A DNA stretch of 63,991 nucleotides, counting the filler, from Streblomastix strix (Eukaryota): assembly GCA_008636045.1 (NCBI GenBank). It is 3 parts of 3 records of this genome, joined end to end, with 100 filler letters (N's around TTAATTAATTAA, not from the genome) between each part and the next. Parts side by side here need not be neighbours in the genome. Positions count along the whole stretch, not along the records: positions 22,310 to 44,503 come from SNRW01000334.1; 2 more parts are not named here. One strand, given 5' to 3'. The notes below the pieces were generated by a model. That model was not told where the DNA came from. It made no database searches and saw only the letters and a list, made by a program, of their open reading frames with translations. The first letter of the stretch is position 1. Each line of letters opens with the position of its first letter. Positions 31,856-43,323 of this stretch are shown one piece after another. The position numbers were made by a program, and so were the translations under genes.

Positions 31856-32003
31856 AAAGCAAAGTGCAAAAAATTGAAAGCAAATTGGAAAAAATTGAAA
31901 GCAAAGTGGAAAAAATTGAAAGCTAAGTGCAAAAAATTGAATGCTAAGTGCAAAAAATTGAATGCTAAGTTCAAAAAATTGAAAGCTAAGTGCAAAAAAT
32001 TGA
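31856..32003. repeat. 21-bp minisatellite upstream of the Ubl-RING gene
   Basis: Seven copies of an AAAGCAAAGTGCAAAAAATTG-like unit. Confidence 0.9.
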
Positions 32004-32604
32004 AAAAAAAAATTGATAAATTTGAAAACAATAGGAAAAATTGAAAGAAAAAAGAAAAATCTAAAAAAAAAACACATTTTAATATATAAAATAAAAATAT
32101 CTTGTAAAAATTTTATGAATGATTGAAACATATGTGGAAATAAAGAAGTATTGGTCTTGAAATATTGATTAAACTAAAAATTAATTCAAGTTTAATTTTT
32201 GACTTTATTTTGATCATGAATGCAAAATAATTAATATAAAAATATGAAATACAATTATAAAAATATAATATATATCAAAATAATTATAAATAGAATTCAA
32301 ATAAGCATGATTTAGCGAGATTTTTGTATTGAGCCTTTCATTTAACAATTATTAATTAAATTGATACAAATTTGGTAAAAATACAATAGAAGTATAATAT
32401 ATATATCAAAAATATTATAATCTAAATATGAAATGCAACTGTCTTTGGTTAAATCAATATAATGGGATTTTTCTGTTTGCTTCTTAAAAATTGGTATTTT
32501 ATTAAATTATTAATTAATAAACAACATAAAAAATATTATTGCTCCATTTATAATATTAATAAGCCGTTTCAACAATGCAACTCTAATTCTTCATAATCAT
32601 TATT

Positions 32605-33893
32605 TCACTCATTATTGATATCATCTATTTATCCCATATAATCCAGCTTCCTTCCGAGTATTCCATACCTCATATGTTTGAGATCTTCTCTAGAATGAGT
32701 CCGAGGAGCTATATTTGAGTCTGGAACAAATGGCTTGATTCCAACTAAACGAGAATTTGTTTTTGTTTTATTGGAATATGCAAATGATTATGAGCTTTAC
32801 TAATTAGACTATTTATTAGTCTGATTTTGCAAATCATTTTACATTGAACTTTCTACATTCTGAGTCCACGATTATCCAACTGGTGGCCTTTTTGTGCCAT
32901 ATCTAATGTGAATCAGTCTTTCATATGAATCTGTTCTTGGAGCATAGACATTTATTGGGTAAAGTTGCTTGACTTCATATGACCTAGTGTTTGTTTGAGA
33001 GTAATTTGATTAAAATTTTTGATTCAAATCTAGATTTTCATACAATCTGTCCAAGTCTTTAATTTCTTATTGATCTTCTTTGTAATGATCTTTATTTCCA
33101 GGTAAGAAAAGATACTGATATGGAATAGTGTAAGAATACCCATTCTGTTGTATTGAGTTTTAAGTATTAGTTGTTTGAATGCTGTTTCTTACACTACTAT
33201 TGTTTTAATTCAAGCCTTACGATTCAAAACTTCTATATGCACTTTCTCTATTTGGCGCTATTTATGGCCCTGTATATGAATTAAATGAATTTGTTAATTC
33301 AGGAATATGGGGAGTACCAGTAAAAGAATAGTCTGTGGGTTAGACGTGTTATGTATACTTGTTTGAGATATTCTTCTATGAATTTGTATCTTTATCAATG
33401 TTACTTGTGCTTATTCTCCAGTATTTGCGTTGTGAATTTGGGTGCTGATCTTTGTAGTTTTTCTGAGCTTAACTGTCATTTCTAATCCACTCGCGATGCA
33501 TTTCCATCTATTAAGTCTAGAAATATATTCAAATTTAATTATTAATGTATATTAATGTATTTAAATAAATTTTGTTACAAACAATGATTTTAATATAAAA
33601 GATTATAGAAGAAAAATAAGAAAATAAGAAAAATAATAAAAATATATTTAAAACGCCAATAAGAAGTGCAAAATATTAATAAATTATTTAAACAAATTAG
33701 TGAATAAATTATTGAATAATAAAATTATTTATTATAAAATTTAAATAATAAAATATAGAATAAATCAAAAAAGAAAATTTTACTTTCTTACTAGCAAATC
33801 TATATAGATTTTTAATGATTAAAATATCAAATATTATTTATTATTTAATTTTATATTGAATTAATAACATACCGGTGAGAGAATATCAGCCAT
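32605..33893 (-). CDS. Hypothetical protein, one intron
   Basis: MADILSP|TQQMEMHREWIRND splices in frame; TGA 32605. Confidence 0.65.
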
Positions 33894-34219
33894 TTTGACT
33901 TTTGCAGAAAAACAATTTTTCGTCTTCAACAATTTTATTTAATTGTTAAATAATTAATTCTTTCTTCTATACAAATGAATAAATCAAACAGTTTTGGTGA
34001 TAAAATGTTAAACAATTAATACTTCAATATTATTGATTAACTATTTTATTAAGTTTTTATTTTAAAAAAAAAAAAATAAAAATTACTATTTACAACAAGG
34101 TTTTGAACATAATTCAGTGTAAAGTAGAAAATATTCATTTAAAACGGTTTCATATTAACAAGCACCTTCATCTATTTTTGTGTTTTATTCTATGTTTATT
34201 TCTTTAATAATTTTTCCTT

Positions 34220-34663
34220 TCATTTCTTGTACTCAATCGAAGCAAAAGTCATTCCAGTAGTATTAATCGGTTTCCATTAGTCATAATCAACTTTTGGATT
34301 ATTGTGAGGTGTGACATACACTTGTCTTTAAGTGGACCGCGACTTCTATTTACTTGAAATGTTGGATTCTGGGGTTGACAGGTGATGCAGCCAATCGCCT
34401 TCTTTCGTACTGTAGTTATGCAATTTCGCATCCTCTAAGTCTATAGGCTTGACTTTTCGCAGTAAGCCGTTTCGGCCATACCGTGGTAATTCTTGGCTGT
34501 TGCCTGGCGAGCATGGTTTAACTGGAACATACCGCTGACTTTGAGGTCTATTATCGACAGAAGTTGTTAGACGTGTACTTGATGAGCCTTAAGTGAAATT
34601 TCTATGTTTAAGTGTTCCAAACTAGTCCAATTCTTAATGTCTCAAAAATGGGTTCTGCCGCAT
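34220..34663 (-). CDS. Hypothetical protein (upstream exon possible)
   Basis: GC-richer open frame MRQNPFLRH...FASIEYKK ending in TGA. Confidence 0.55.
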
Positions 34664-35186
34664 AGTCTTATATTAAGTAACAGATGAAAAATTAAGACAA
34701 GAAGTTAATAAAAAATTATTTTGTTAATTTTGATATAATATGAAAGGGAAAAAATGTAAATTTTGATATAAATAATTATGAATATTTTTCAATAGTAAAA
34801 TTATAGTAATATTATTTATGATGATATGATTTAAAAGGTGGGACGTTAGATTTTTTCATTTTGCTATTACCGTTTAATTTTATAAGCATTTCAATAATAA
34901 AATGTGCTGGAAGCATAAATTTATATTCAAATTATCAAACCGGAAATGCATTCAATGACATCTTAAAAGATTATGAGAGTTTTTTGATTTACAATTTATT
35001 AGAATTTTATTTTAAATATTGAGACATATATTAAAAACAATATTTATTTATTATAACATAGTCAATTTAGAAATAGTAATTTATTATCAAATTAAAAGTA
35101 TTCACACAAAAATATTAGACAAAAAAAATTACTTACAGAAAATGATAAAATCATAATTTACCATAATACATTGTATAATTTGTCAA

Positions 35187-36442
35187 TCATCCGAATTTCA
35201 AATGAAATACCACATATAAGATGGAATCATTCATGATGTTGTAGTCCTTAACTGTTCTTCTATCTTCTAATTATTTTCCATCAAATATAATGATTTGTGA
35301 TTCAGGAGGTATTCCTTCTTTGTTTTAAATTTATTTCTTAACATTCTCAATAGTATCGGTTTCTCCAACATCAAATGTAAATGTTTTACCAGCCACATTT
35401 TTAACTTTAATTTGAATTTTCCATTCTTTAATTTGTAGTTTCGCTGCAACCAGTGAATCTTGAATGGCAAGTCGAACTTCATGAACAGAGTAAATATTGT
35501 ATGAGCTTAATGTTCTTTAATCTTCCAAGATATCATCTTTGAAGAAAATCCATTATTTTTCAAGTGGAATTCTTTACTATTCAAATATCTTCTATTTCAT
35601 ATGCTTGATTGTTTCTTAAAGCTTCATTTACACAGTAATTATCTCCGTTTTAGAAATTCTTACGCGGATTGGAATGTTTTCACTATAATCTAAGCTCAAT
35701 TATAACGTGTCTTCATTCTAAATATCAAAATCTTTCAAAGTTTAGTCATCTTCCAATTCAGAACCATAGAAAATCAATTTCTGTTATTTTAGAGGTATTT
35801 AAGTAATATCTTGAATTTTATTCTTTACACTAGAAATTGTGAATTCTTTCCCAATTTCAAGAGAAATTGTTTAACCATCCAAAATCTTCACAAAAATATG
35901 TATATATTCTACTTTAAGTTCGAGATCTAGAATTGTACCTTCAGTTATTTAATAATCTTTAAGTGTTTTATAATCTTTATCATATATACAATAATGTTAC
36001 TCACATAGCTTTTGAATGTTAGAAGGAATTTTTAATAATTCCCAGATTCTATGTTTCACATCTCTAATTGTATCTATTTATTTAAATTCTAAATCAATAT
36101 TATCTCCTTTCCAAGTTCTAATTGTGATTTTCATTTTCATGTTGTCGAGATCTTCCTGAGAGATTTGAATTACTAGATGAATTGTTGATTTATTAAATAT
36201 GTTGTATGAGCTCAATGTGCGTTCATCCTCTATCACTTCACTTTTGAAAACAAGTCGCTGCATTCGAATTTCAATTTTTTCTATATCTTAGATTTTCTAC
36301 TTCACAGCAAGCACTGTTTCGTTTGTACCACTGATATCTATATATATCTTCTTTCCACTTATATCTCTGATTGTTAGATGCATTTGAGAATTATCCTGGC
36401 TCGTGCAAATAAATTTTTAAAATTTTCTGTGTTTTGCACCAT
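35187..36442 (-). CDS. Tandem five-ubiquitin-like-domain protein
   Basis: Five diverged Ubl units (e.g. IFVKILDGQTISLEI...QQKLIFYGSELEDDQTLKDFDI; VKNVAGKTFTFDV...KEGIPPESQ); intronless; TGA 35187. Confidence 0.85.
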
Positions 36443-36953
36443 TTCAATAATTTACTCTTATAATATTATAAATTTAATTTATATAATTATTTATACTACT
36501 AATATTCTTTTTATCATCTTCTTTTTTTTATTCTCATTCTAATTCTATATTTCTGATTCTTTTGATATAGAAATCGCATATGCAAGCATTTCATTCTCAA
36601 TCATATGATATTAAATTCTCTTAATTTTAATCATTTGATAATACTATATCAAAAGATTAATCTTATTATAATACCAACTCAAAAGTTAAATAATCTATTA
36701 ATTTAGTTAAATAATAATCAATATCTTCAACCAAGAATTTATTTAGCATGATATTAATAACTTACAAACATTGTTTCGAATTCGACTGAATGTGCTGATG
36801 TTGAAATAAAATTCAAATCTATTATAATCATTATATTATTATTGCATATTTAAAATTAAATTAAGTAACCAAAAAATAGAATATACTAATCAGTATGAAA
36901 TGAATAAAAATTATCAAAAATAAAATTTAAAAAAAGTAAACATGCTAAACTGG

Positions 36954-37646
36954 TCATATCCAGCGCCTGCGAATGAAACGGTTTAGTATCGCTACTTTTG
37001 CATAGTAAGCATTTTTCTTTATACTATCATTATATACATTGTTATTCATTTATGCTTCAATTTCTTCGATTGCTCCTTCTTCCTTTATTTACTCAATAGA
37101 TCTTTGAGTAAATAATGGAAGTGGATAGAAGGATGGTTATTAATTACTATTTCTACCTTCATGAAGTTCACTGAAGAGCATGTATATACGATACAATCCA
37201 CTCAAGATCTCCTCATCTTGTTCTTCGCCTTTGCCTCCTGCTGCACTAATTGAAATGCAAATCATTCTTCCATATTCTTAATTAACAAGCTCTGATTGAT
37301 CTTATTCATCACTAGAAAATTGAATCTAATAAAGACAATCTCTACTTCTACTTCTGAATGAAAATATTTATTGGTCTAATTCTTCGCTTATATGTTCATC
37401 AAGTCTGAAAGTGACAAGTGCAATGAGTGATTGTAGAAGCTTCGGAGCTTTATTCACTTATTTACTCGTATTATTATTCCAGATTTTATCTATTAGGTAT
37501 TGAAGAGAAGAAGCAACTTCAGTAGGAGAAGTTGTTGATTCTGATTCTGGTTATTCATTTTCTTTTCGTTGTTTAACGTATGCGTATGAATTTGCTAATG
37601 AAATTATGACTCTTTCTGCATCTTGCATTTCATATTCTGTTTCCAT
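36954..37646 (-). CDS. Short member of expanded uncharacterised family
   Basis: METEYEMQ...ISAAGGKGEEQDEEI...EQIKEEGAIEEIEAQM...RRRWI stop. Confidence 0.75.
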
Positions 37647-38063
37647 TTTATCTTGGGTCTTATATGATAAATAAAATATTAAAAAATAAATATGATAATT
37701 ATATGTGAAAGGAAAAAATAGGTTATTATGTACATTAAAGATGTGTGAATGTCTGATTAAAGCATTCTTTAAGAAAAAAAACCTGCACTTTTGTTGGAAA
37801 GATATCATCATATTTATGATGTGATTAGTATGAAATTAAGTGGCCCGCTTATAGAAGTAGTAAATAAATTAGTTAATGTTATAATTGGTTATTTGCAGCT
37901 CTTTCAAGAAGTTATTTTATCATAATAAACCCAATCATTTCTCTCTGGGTTTTACTTAACCCATTCACCCTTATTGCAGCCTCCATTTATTTATTGGGGA
38001 ATACAGTGGCCGTTAATGGGGCTAGGATCAAAACAAAATTTTAATTTCTCCTTAAACAATTCG

Positions 38064-39161
38064 ATGGAGAACATCAATCAGCAGCCAGGAGACCCACCTG
38101 CTATGAATTAACCCGTTCTTCCGAATCAAGACGCTAACCAAGCTCCAATCCAAGCAGGCGCAGGCCTTTTATAAAACTTGGGCGTACCTAACTGGCTGCA
38201 GTCAATGTCGAATGTAATACCGCATACACCAGAAGAGGAGCTAGTTTAGAAATAATTAGAGGCAGTCACCAAGGTTTTTGTGCTTTACTATGACCAAAAA
38301 GCCGAAGATTTAGATCCAACTGGAGAACGTGCTTCTGAAGACGAAATTTCAGAGATTGATGAAAGAATTAAAACTTGCATAGGACTAGAACTTAATAAGA
38401 AAGGAGCAAAAGCAAAGGTTGGAGACAATGACCCTGCCTAAGATGCGGAAACCGCAAGATTGGCTGTTTAAGGTCAACGAGCTATTGTTGCTGCTGCAAA
38501 TTCGCTTGATTTGGAAGATCCAGAAGCAACAATGATATGGCTTTTGACATGTCATCTCATTTTAAGGATTATTGGCGGGTAATCTTAGCAACGCAGAGAA
38601 ATTACGTTAGCCCCTGACAAATTGAAGTCAATCTTGGGCAAAGAAGGTGATTCACTTTAGGTTTTCGGACAAGAGTCAATAAAGAAGGTGAAAGAAGCCG
38701 CTAAATCTGTCTCACTTCAACAAACACCAATCACTCCGGCAGCATAACCAGCGCAACCCATACAGATATAGTCACATCAACTCCCGTCCATTCAAGCATA
38801 AATTCCATTGGCTAAACAGCAGTCCTTCATACCTTTCAATAAGTTCAATAGATCATCTTTCTTCAAGAATAGAAATTAATTCGGATAATAGAGATTTACC
38901 TCTCCACTGTTGTCAACTCCAAATCAGTTCAATGGTCCTTTCAAAAGAGGACATTAAGGCTAATTAATCCCTCAATGGAATATGCAGAACTAGTAACAAC
39001 CTTTCAATCAATAATAATATCAACAGTAATATTAACAGTAACTATTTATTCCGTATCAAGTACATCAATTCCAGAATGCCATTTAGCAACCTCAGTAATA
39101 TATTGGTTAGCAGCAACCAATCGTGTAGCCTCCTGTTCCTCAATAGTAACCACCTCAATGA
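38064..39161 (+). CDS. DIRS gag-like ORF1
   Basis: ATG just inside the left ITR; open with TAR=Gln to TGA 39159-39161; Q/P-rich end. Confidence 0.75.
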
Positions 39162-39210
39162 ATTGTGACGCCTGAGAATCCCCTGATGGCTTAGAGGGGA
39201 TTACCGGAGA

Positions 39211-41191
39211 ATGAATTAGAAGAGGAGAGTGATGGAGATGAACATTCTACCTGAAACAAAGATTTTATTAGAGGATAGTGTGGAAATGAAAGACATTCCA
39301 GTTCCCCAAAGACTATTGAGTAAAGTGAACAATTGGGAAGAAATAGGGGGATTCTTTTAATTAGACAAGGTGCAATACCAACATGGACATCTCCACAAGA
39401 CCTACAATAACTGGAAATGTAGTCTCTCCCAAATTATTTTTAAGGAACACCTCAAATGGAGGAGGAGTATAATAAATAGTTATAGAAAGAAATACAACAA
39501 GGGATTGTAACAGAAATTCCTTCAGTGAAGGTTTTAAATAGAACATTTTTAATGCCTCGAAGCGATGGAAGACTCCGCAAGATACTTGATTCCAGAATGA
39601 TGAACTCAGTAACAATGAATTAGAAGTTCCAGATGGAGGGGGTGGAACATTTTCGTTAGTTAATTTAGCCTGAAGATTTTGCAGCAACTCTAGATCTTCG
39701 CGATGCATACCACCATGTTAATGTTCATTCCTCTCTCCGTCCCTACTTTGGCTTCGCTTTCCGTGACAGGATGTGCACTTATGCCGGTCTTCCATTTGGT
39801 TGGAACCGTAGCCCATACACGTTTACCAAAACTCTATCAGTATGCATACGATAGATCAGAAAGAGATGGAAGGTTAAGATCACATCATACATAGACGATA
39901 TTCTACTTTTGCATCCAGTCAAATAGGAATTACAAACAATGACTAAGTAGATAGCATAATTTCTTAAAGTCTTAGGTTGGAGGCTTGCACCAGAGAAATG
40001 CAGGATGATCCCTCACCAAAAGTTCAAGTATCTAGGTTGGTAATGGAACACTGCCACAATGGATGTTCAGATGCTTGCACCAAGAAGAAAAATAATGAAA
40101 ACATTAGTGAATAATTGGATTAATGCGACGAAAGCCAATGCAGAAGTGAATGTCCACTCACTTGCTCACTTGATCGGCGAGCTATCATTTCTGAGATTTC
40201 AAATGACACATGCTTCTTTAGCTCTTAATAGCCTAAATCACCTTAAAACAGTAACGATATTAAATGGAAACTGGGGAATGAATCTGAAACTACCTAAATA
40301 TATCTTATCAAACCTATATTAGTGGCTGGATTGGATCAATTTGAATAAACCGAGACCTCTTCAAGATTCAACACCTACAATTACATTGACAACAGATGCC
40401 TCAGAAACTGAATGGGGCTCAACTTTGGAGGTTAACTAACAGTTACAGATGGATGCAGGTTAGTGGGGTCCCGGTTGGCACTTAACATCAAGTAATCAGC
40501 GAGAAATGGCGGCGGTAATCATGGGTTTGAGATCTTTCACACTGGAAATATAGACTAACGAGACTTAGTGCCTCAATCTACTTACAGATAATACGACAGT
40601 GATGTACAGCTTAAGGAAATGGAAAGCAAGGAAATCTCTTCTTCATCTGGTTAGAATAATAGCATAAATATGCGAGGAAATCATGATCAGTCTAATTATT
40701 TCTTATATCCCGGGTCTGAGCAATACCCAAGCGGACTCTCTCAGTCGTCTAGCATGGTCCGGGGACTATATGTTGGATCCAGTTACTCTTCAGGAGACTC
40801 TAAACACTCTCAAATTCCTCCCTACTCTGGATTGCTTCGCTAACAGAACAAATAAACAATTGAAAAGGTATTGCTCCGTATCCTCGGACCAAAACGCTAT
40901 AAAAGTTAATGCATACACAATGAATTGGGGCCAGGAACCAGTAATAATTCACCTTCCGATTAACTAGATTCCGAAAGTTATCAACAAAATAACTAGAGAT
41001 CATGCGAATGTCTTGCTAATAATACCGGATTGGTGTAGGATTAAGTATCAATTATTGATAACAAATGTGTCGAAGGAATTGAACTTGGGCCCATCGCTTG
41101 AAGTACTTATCCCAAGTAAGAGAATGCAGAATAACGATTTAGAGAAGTTACCCCAGGAAACATCTTGGCACTACTAATGATAAATCAGTGA
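39211..41191 (+). CDS. DIRS pol: reverse transcriptase + RNase H + MT-like domain (two apparent 1-nt deletions)
   Basis: LDLRDAYHHV, GLPFGW, YIDD; TTDASETEWG, SNQREMAAV, TDN, NTQADSLSR; LDCFANRTN...IHLP...LIIPDW. Frame slips near 39350 and 41154. Confidence 0.9.
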
Positions 41192-43104
41192 ACAGTGAAA
41201 TCCTATATGTCAATCTCCTGCACCTTGCTGGATTAACGGATGACGCTATCTTTCAAACACTAAGCACAATGTCATTCGAAACTTGGCGGAAAAGGAGGAC
41301 AGGATTAACATACTTAGCGGATTACATTGAAACTAATCATATCGATATTGAACTATTACTAGGTGAATCTCCAGATATTCAAATTGTGAATGCTCTTGCA
41401 TGGGTTGTAAAATAGGGAGGAGAGAAGATGTTTTCAAAGTTGAAGGCTTTAAAAACTCATAGCTGTGTTGTATGCAGTCAATTATCAAAGATAAAAGAGG
41501 TTGCCAATTCTCCATTCATCAAATCCTTCATGAAGGAATATTAACTTAATTATGAAGCTAAACCGAAATACGAGACAATCTGGGAAATAAGTGTTCTATT
41601 CAACTTTATCAGCAAGTGGAACACACAATCTAACAGCGATGTCCAAGTTAAGGCGATGGCTCTTCTCGTAGCATTTTCTGCAGCTCGCATGAGTGAATTG
41701 GCCAGGATGGTTCTTGAAGATATCTGTTACATTGGAGAATAAATGCAAATACAAGTTCTTCTGAAAAAAGGTGGCATACAGAGGAATGATACGATTAAGC
41801 TGACCCCTCGCCACTGCAAATGCTGCCAAATTGAAGCTCTTCTGGCTTGGCTAATCATTAGATAATCAATTTCTTCTGAATCTACCTCATTGTGGTGGAA
41901 TTTCACAAAAATGACAAATGCAACTCCTCAGGACTGTAGCAAACCCCTGTCTACCCTATTAAGAACGGCAGACATTCCTTCCACATATTCCGGCCCCTCT
42001 ATTCGTCATTCTATGATGACGAGGCTAAACCAGTCTGGAGCTTCTTCAGTTGAGATCAGTTCATTTACACGGCACTCCCTTAATTCGCAGGTGGTCGATA
42101 TCTACTATAATCGTCCCATTTAAAGGGATCTCGGAGTCTTACTGCTAGAAAAGAGGTTTGTATGGAGATTTAGCAATTATTGGATAAAATTATTGGCAAT
42201 TTCATGTTGCTACTCATTACCCATAACCCCTTTGAAACCTTTACTTTAGGTACCATCTCAACTCAATATTTTGATTTTTACAAGCTTAAAACATCAATTT
42301 CAACCATAAATCTCAAGTTATTGCATTAGATTTACACCTATTACATTCACTAATGTTCCAGTTCGAATTATGACTAATTTTCAGTTTATCTAACATTTTA
42401 GCTCGAGAATATATTTTACTTAACATTTCCGAGCAATTTATTACATAGACTCGAGATTATTAACTTTTCCGAGAATCCTAGCTCGAGAATTTATTTTATT
42501 TAGCATTTCCGAGCAATTTATTACATAGACTCGAGATTATTAACTTTTCCGAGCATCCTAGCTCGAGAATATATTTTACTTAACATTTCCGAGCCATTTA
42601 TTATACAGACTCGAGATTATTTACTTTTTCCGAGCATTCTTGTTCGAAAATATATTTTATTTAACAATTTTCTCGATTAATTTATAGATTCGACAGCTCT
42701 GAGCAGGTACAGCTAAGAAACACGACCTTTCTGTGTTGAATCTATAAATTTCTCGACAAATACTAACCATTACTTTGAAGGACGACATTCCCAATAAATA
42801 AATGGAGGCTGTAATAAGGGTGAATGGGTTAAGTAAAACCCAGAGAGAAATGATTGGGTTTTACTATTACCCAGAACCCTTATTACAGCCTCCATTTTAT
42901 TTTTACAATCAAATAAACCAAACTAGAACATTTTTAAACATATTTATTTCAATTACTTCATTTTATTAATTTAACAGCCTTCATACTCAACAACCCGGTT
43001 CCTCTACTCTTTGTCCTGAAGTGACAGCCGAGTACGAGACGTCTGGATCAGAATCAATCAACTTTCTTAGCGATGAAACGGAAGACGATACTCCTTCGCG
43101 CTGA
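41188..43104 (+). CDS. DIRS tyrosine recombinase; putative intron 42156-42977; start uncertain
   Basis: FSAARMSEL, GPSIRHS, FTRHS...DIYYNRP give the catalytic R, xxR, H and Y positions. The core to 42155 is well supported; the 3' exon is inferred. Confidence 0.75.
42399..42665. repeat. 80-bp tandem array (about 3.3 units) inside the DIRS
   Basis: TAGCTCGAGAAT recurs at 42399, 42479 and 42559, with a degenerate copy near 42640; two CTCGAG per unit. Confidence 0.9.
42788..42900. repeat. DIRS internal complementary region (ICR)
   Basis: First part is the reverse complement of 37927-38000; second part is the reverse complement of about 43217-43256; they meet at GATTGGGTTTTACTATTAC. Confidence 0.95.
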
Positions 43105-43323
43105 AATAGCTGGGAGGTTTTAGCTATGCAGCAAAACAATTAAAGCACTTCATCGCCTTTTAATATCAATTTTGTTTTGATCCTGGCCCCATTAACGGCC
43201 ACTGTATTCCCCAATAAATAAATGGAGGCTGTAATAAGGGTTCTGGGTAATAGTAATATTTTAATTTAAATCTCAAATAAATGCTGAAAATAATTATAAA
43301 TACATTTAGATTGTATATATTTA

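Larger units (their letters stand above)
37927..43256 (+). mobile_element. Structurally complete DIRS1-type tyrosine-recombinase retrotransposon
   Basis: ITR cores 37967-38040 and 43168-43241; ICR 42788-42900 complementary to both outer ends; gag, RT-RNaseH-MT and YR ORFs. Confidence 0.95.

Noticed and set aside
31774..32131. Hydrophobic repeat ORFs (LHLAFNF)
   Set aside because: Translations of the 21-bp minisatellite; a better ATG lies at 31812.
34220..34663. Overlapping genes because several minus-strand frames are open
   Set aside because: With TGA as the only stop, long open alternative frames are expected by chance.
39346..39362. Programmed -1 frameshift in pol
   Set aside because: No canonical slippery heptamer in frame; a missing G in the homopolymer is simpler.
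42399..42665. CRISPR-like array next to an RT/recombinase
   Set aside because: Whole 80-bp units repeat with no unique spacers and no cas genes.
42696..42733. Hammerhead ribozyme
   Set aside because: CTGAGCA does not fit CUGANGA and no stem II closes before GAAA.
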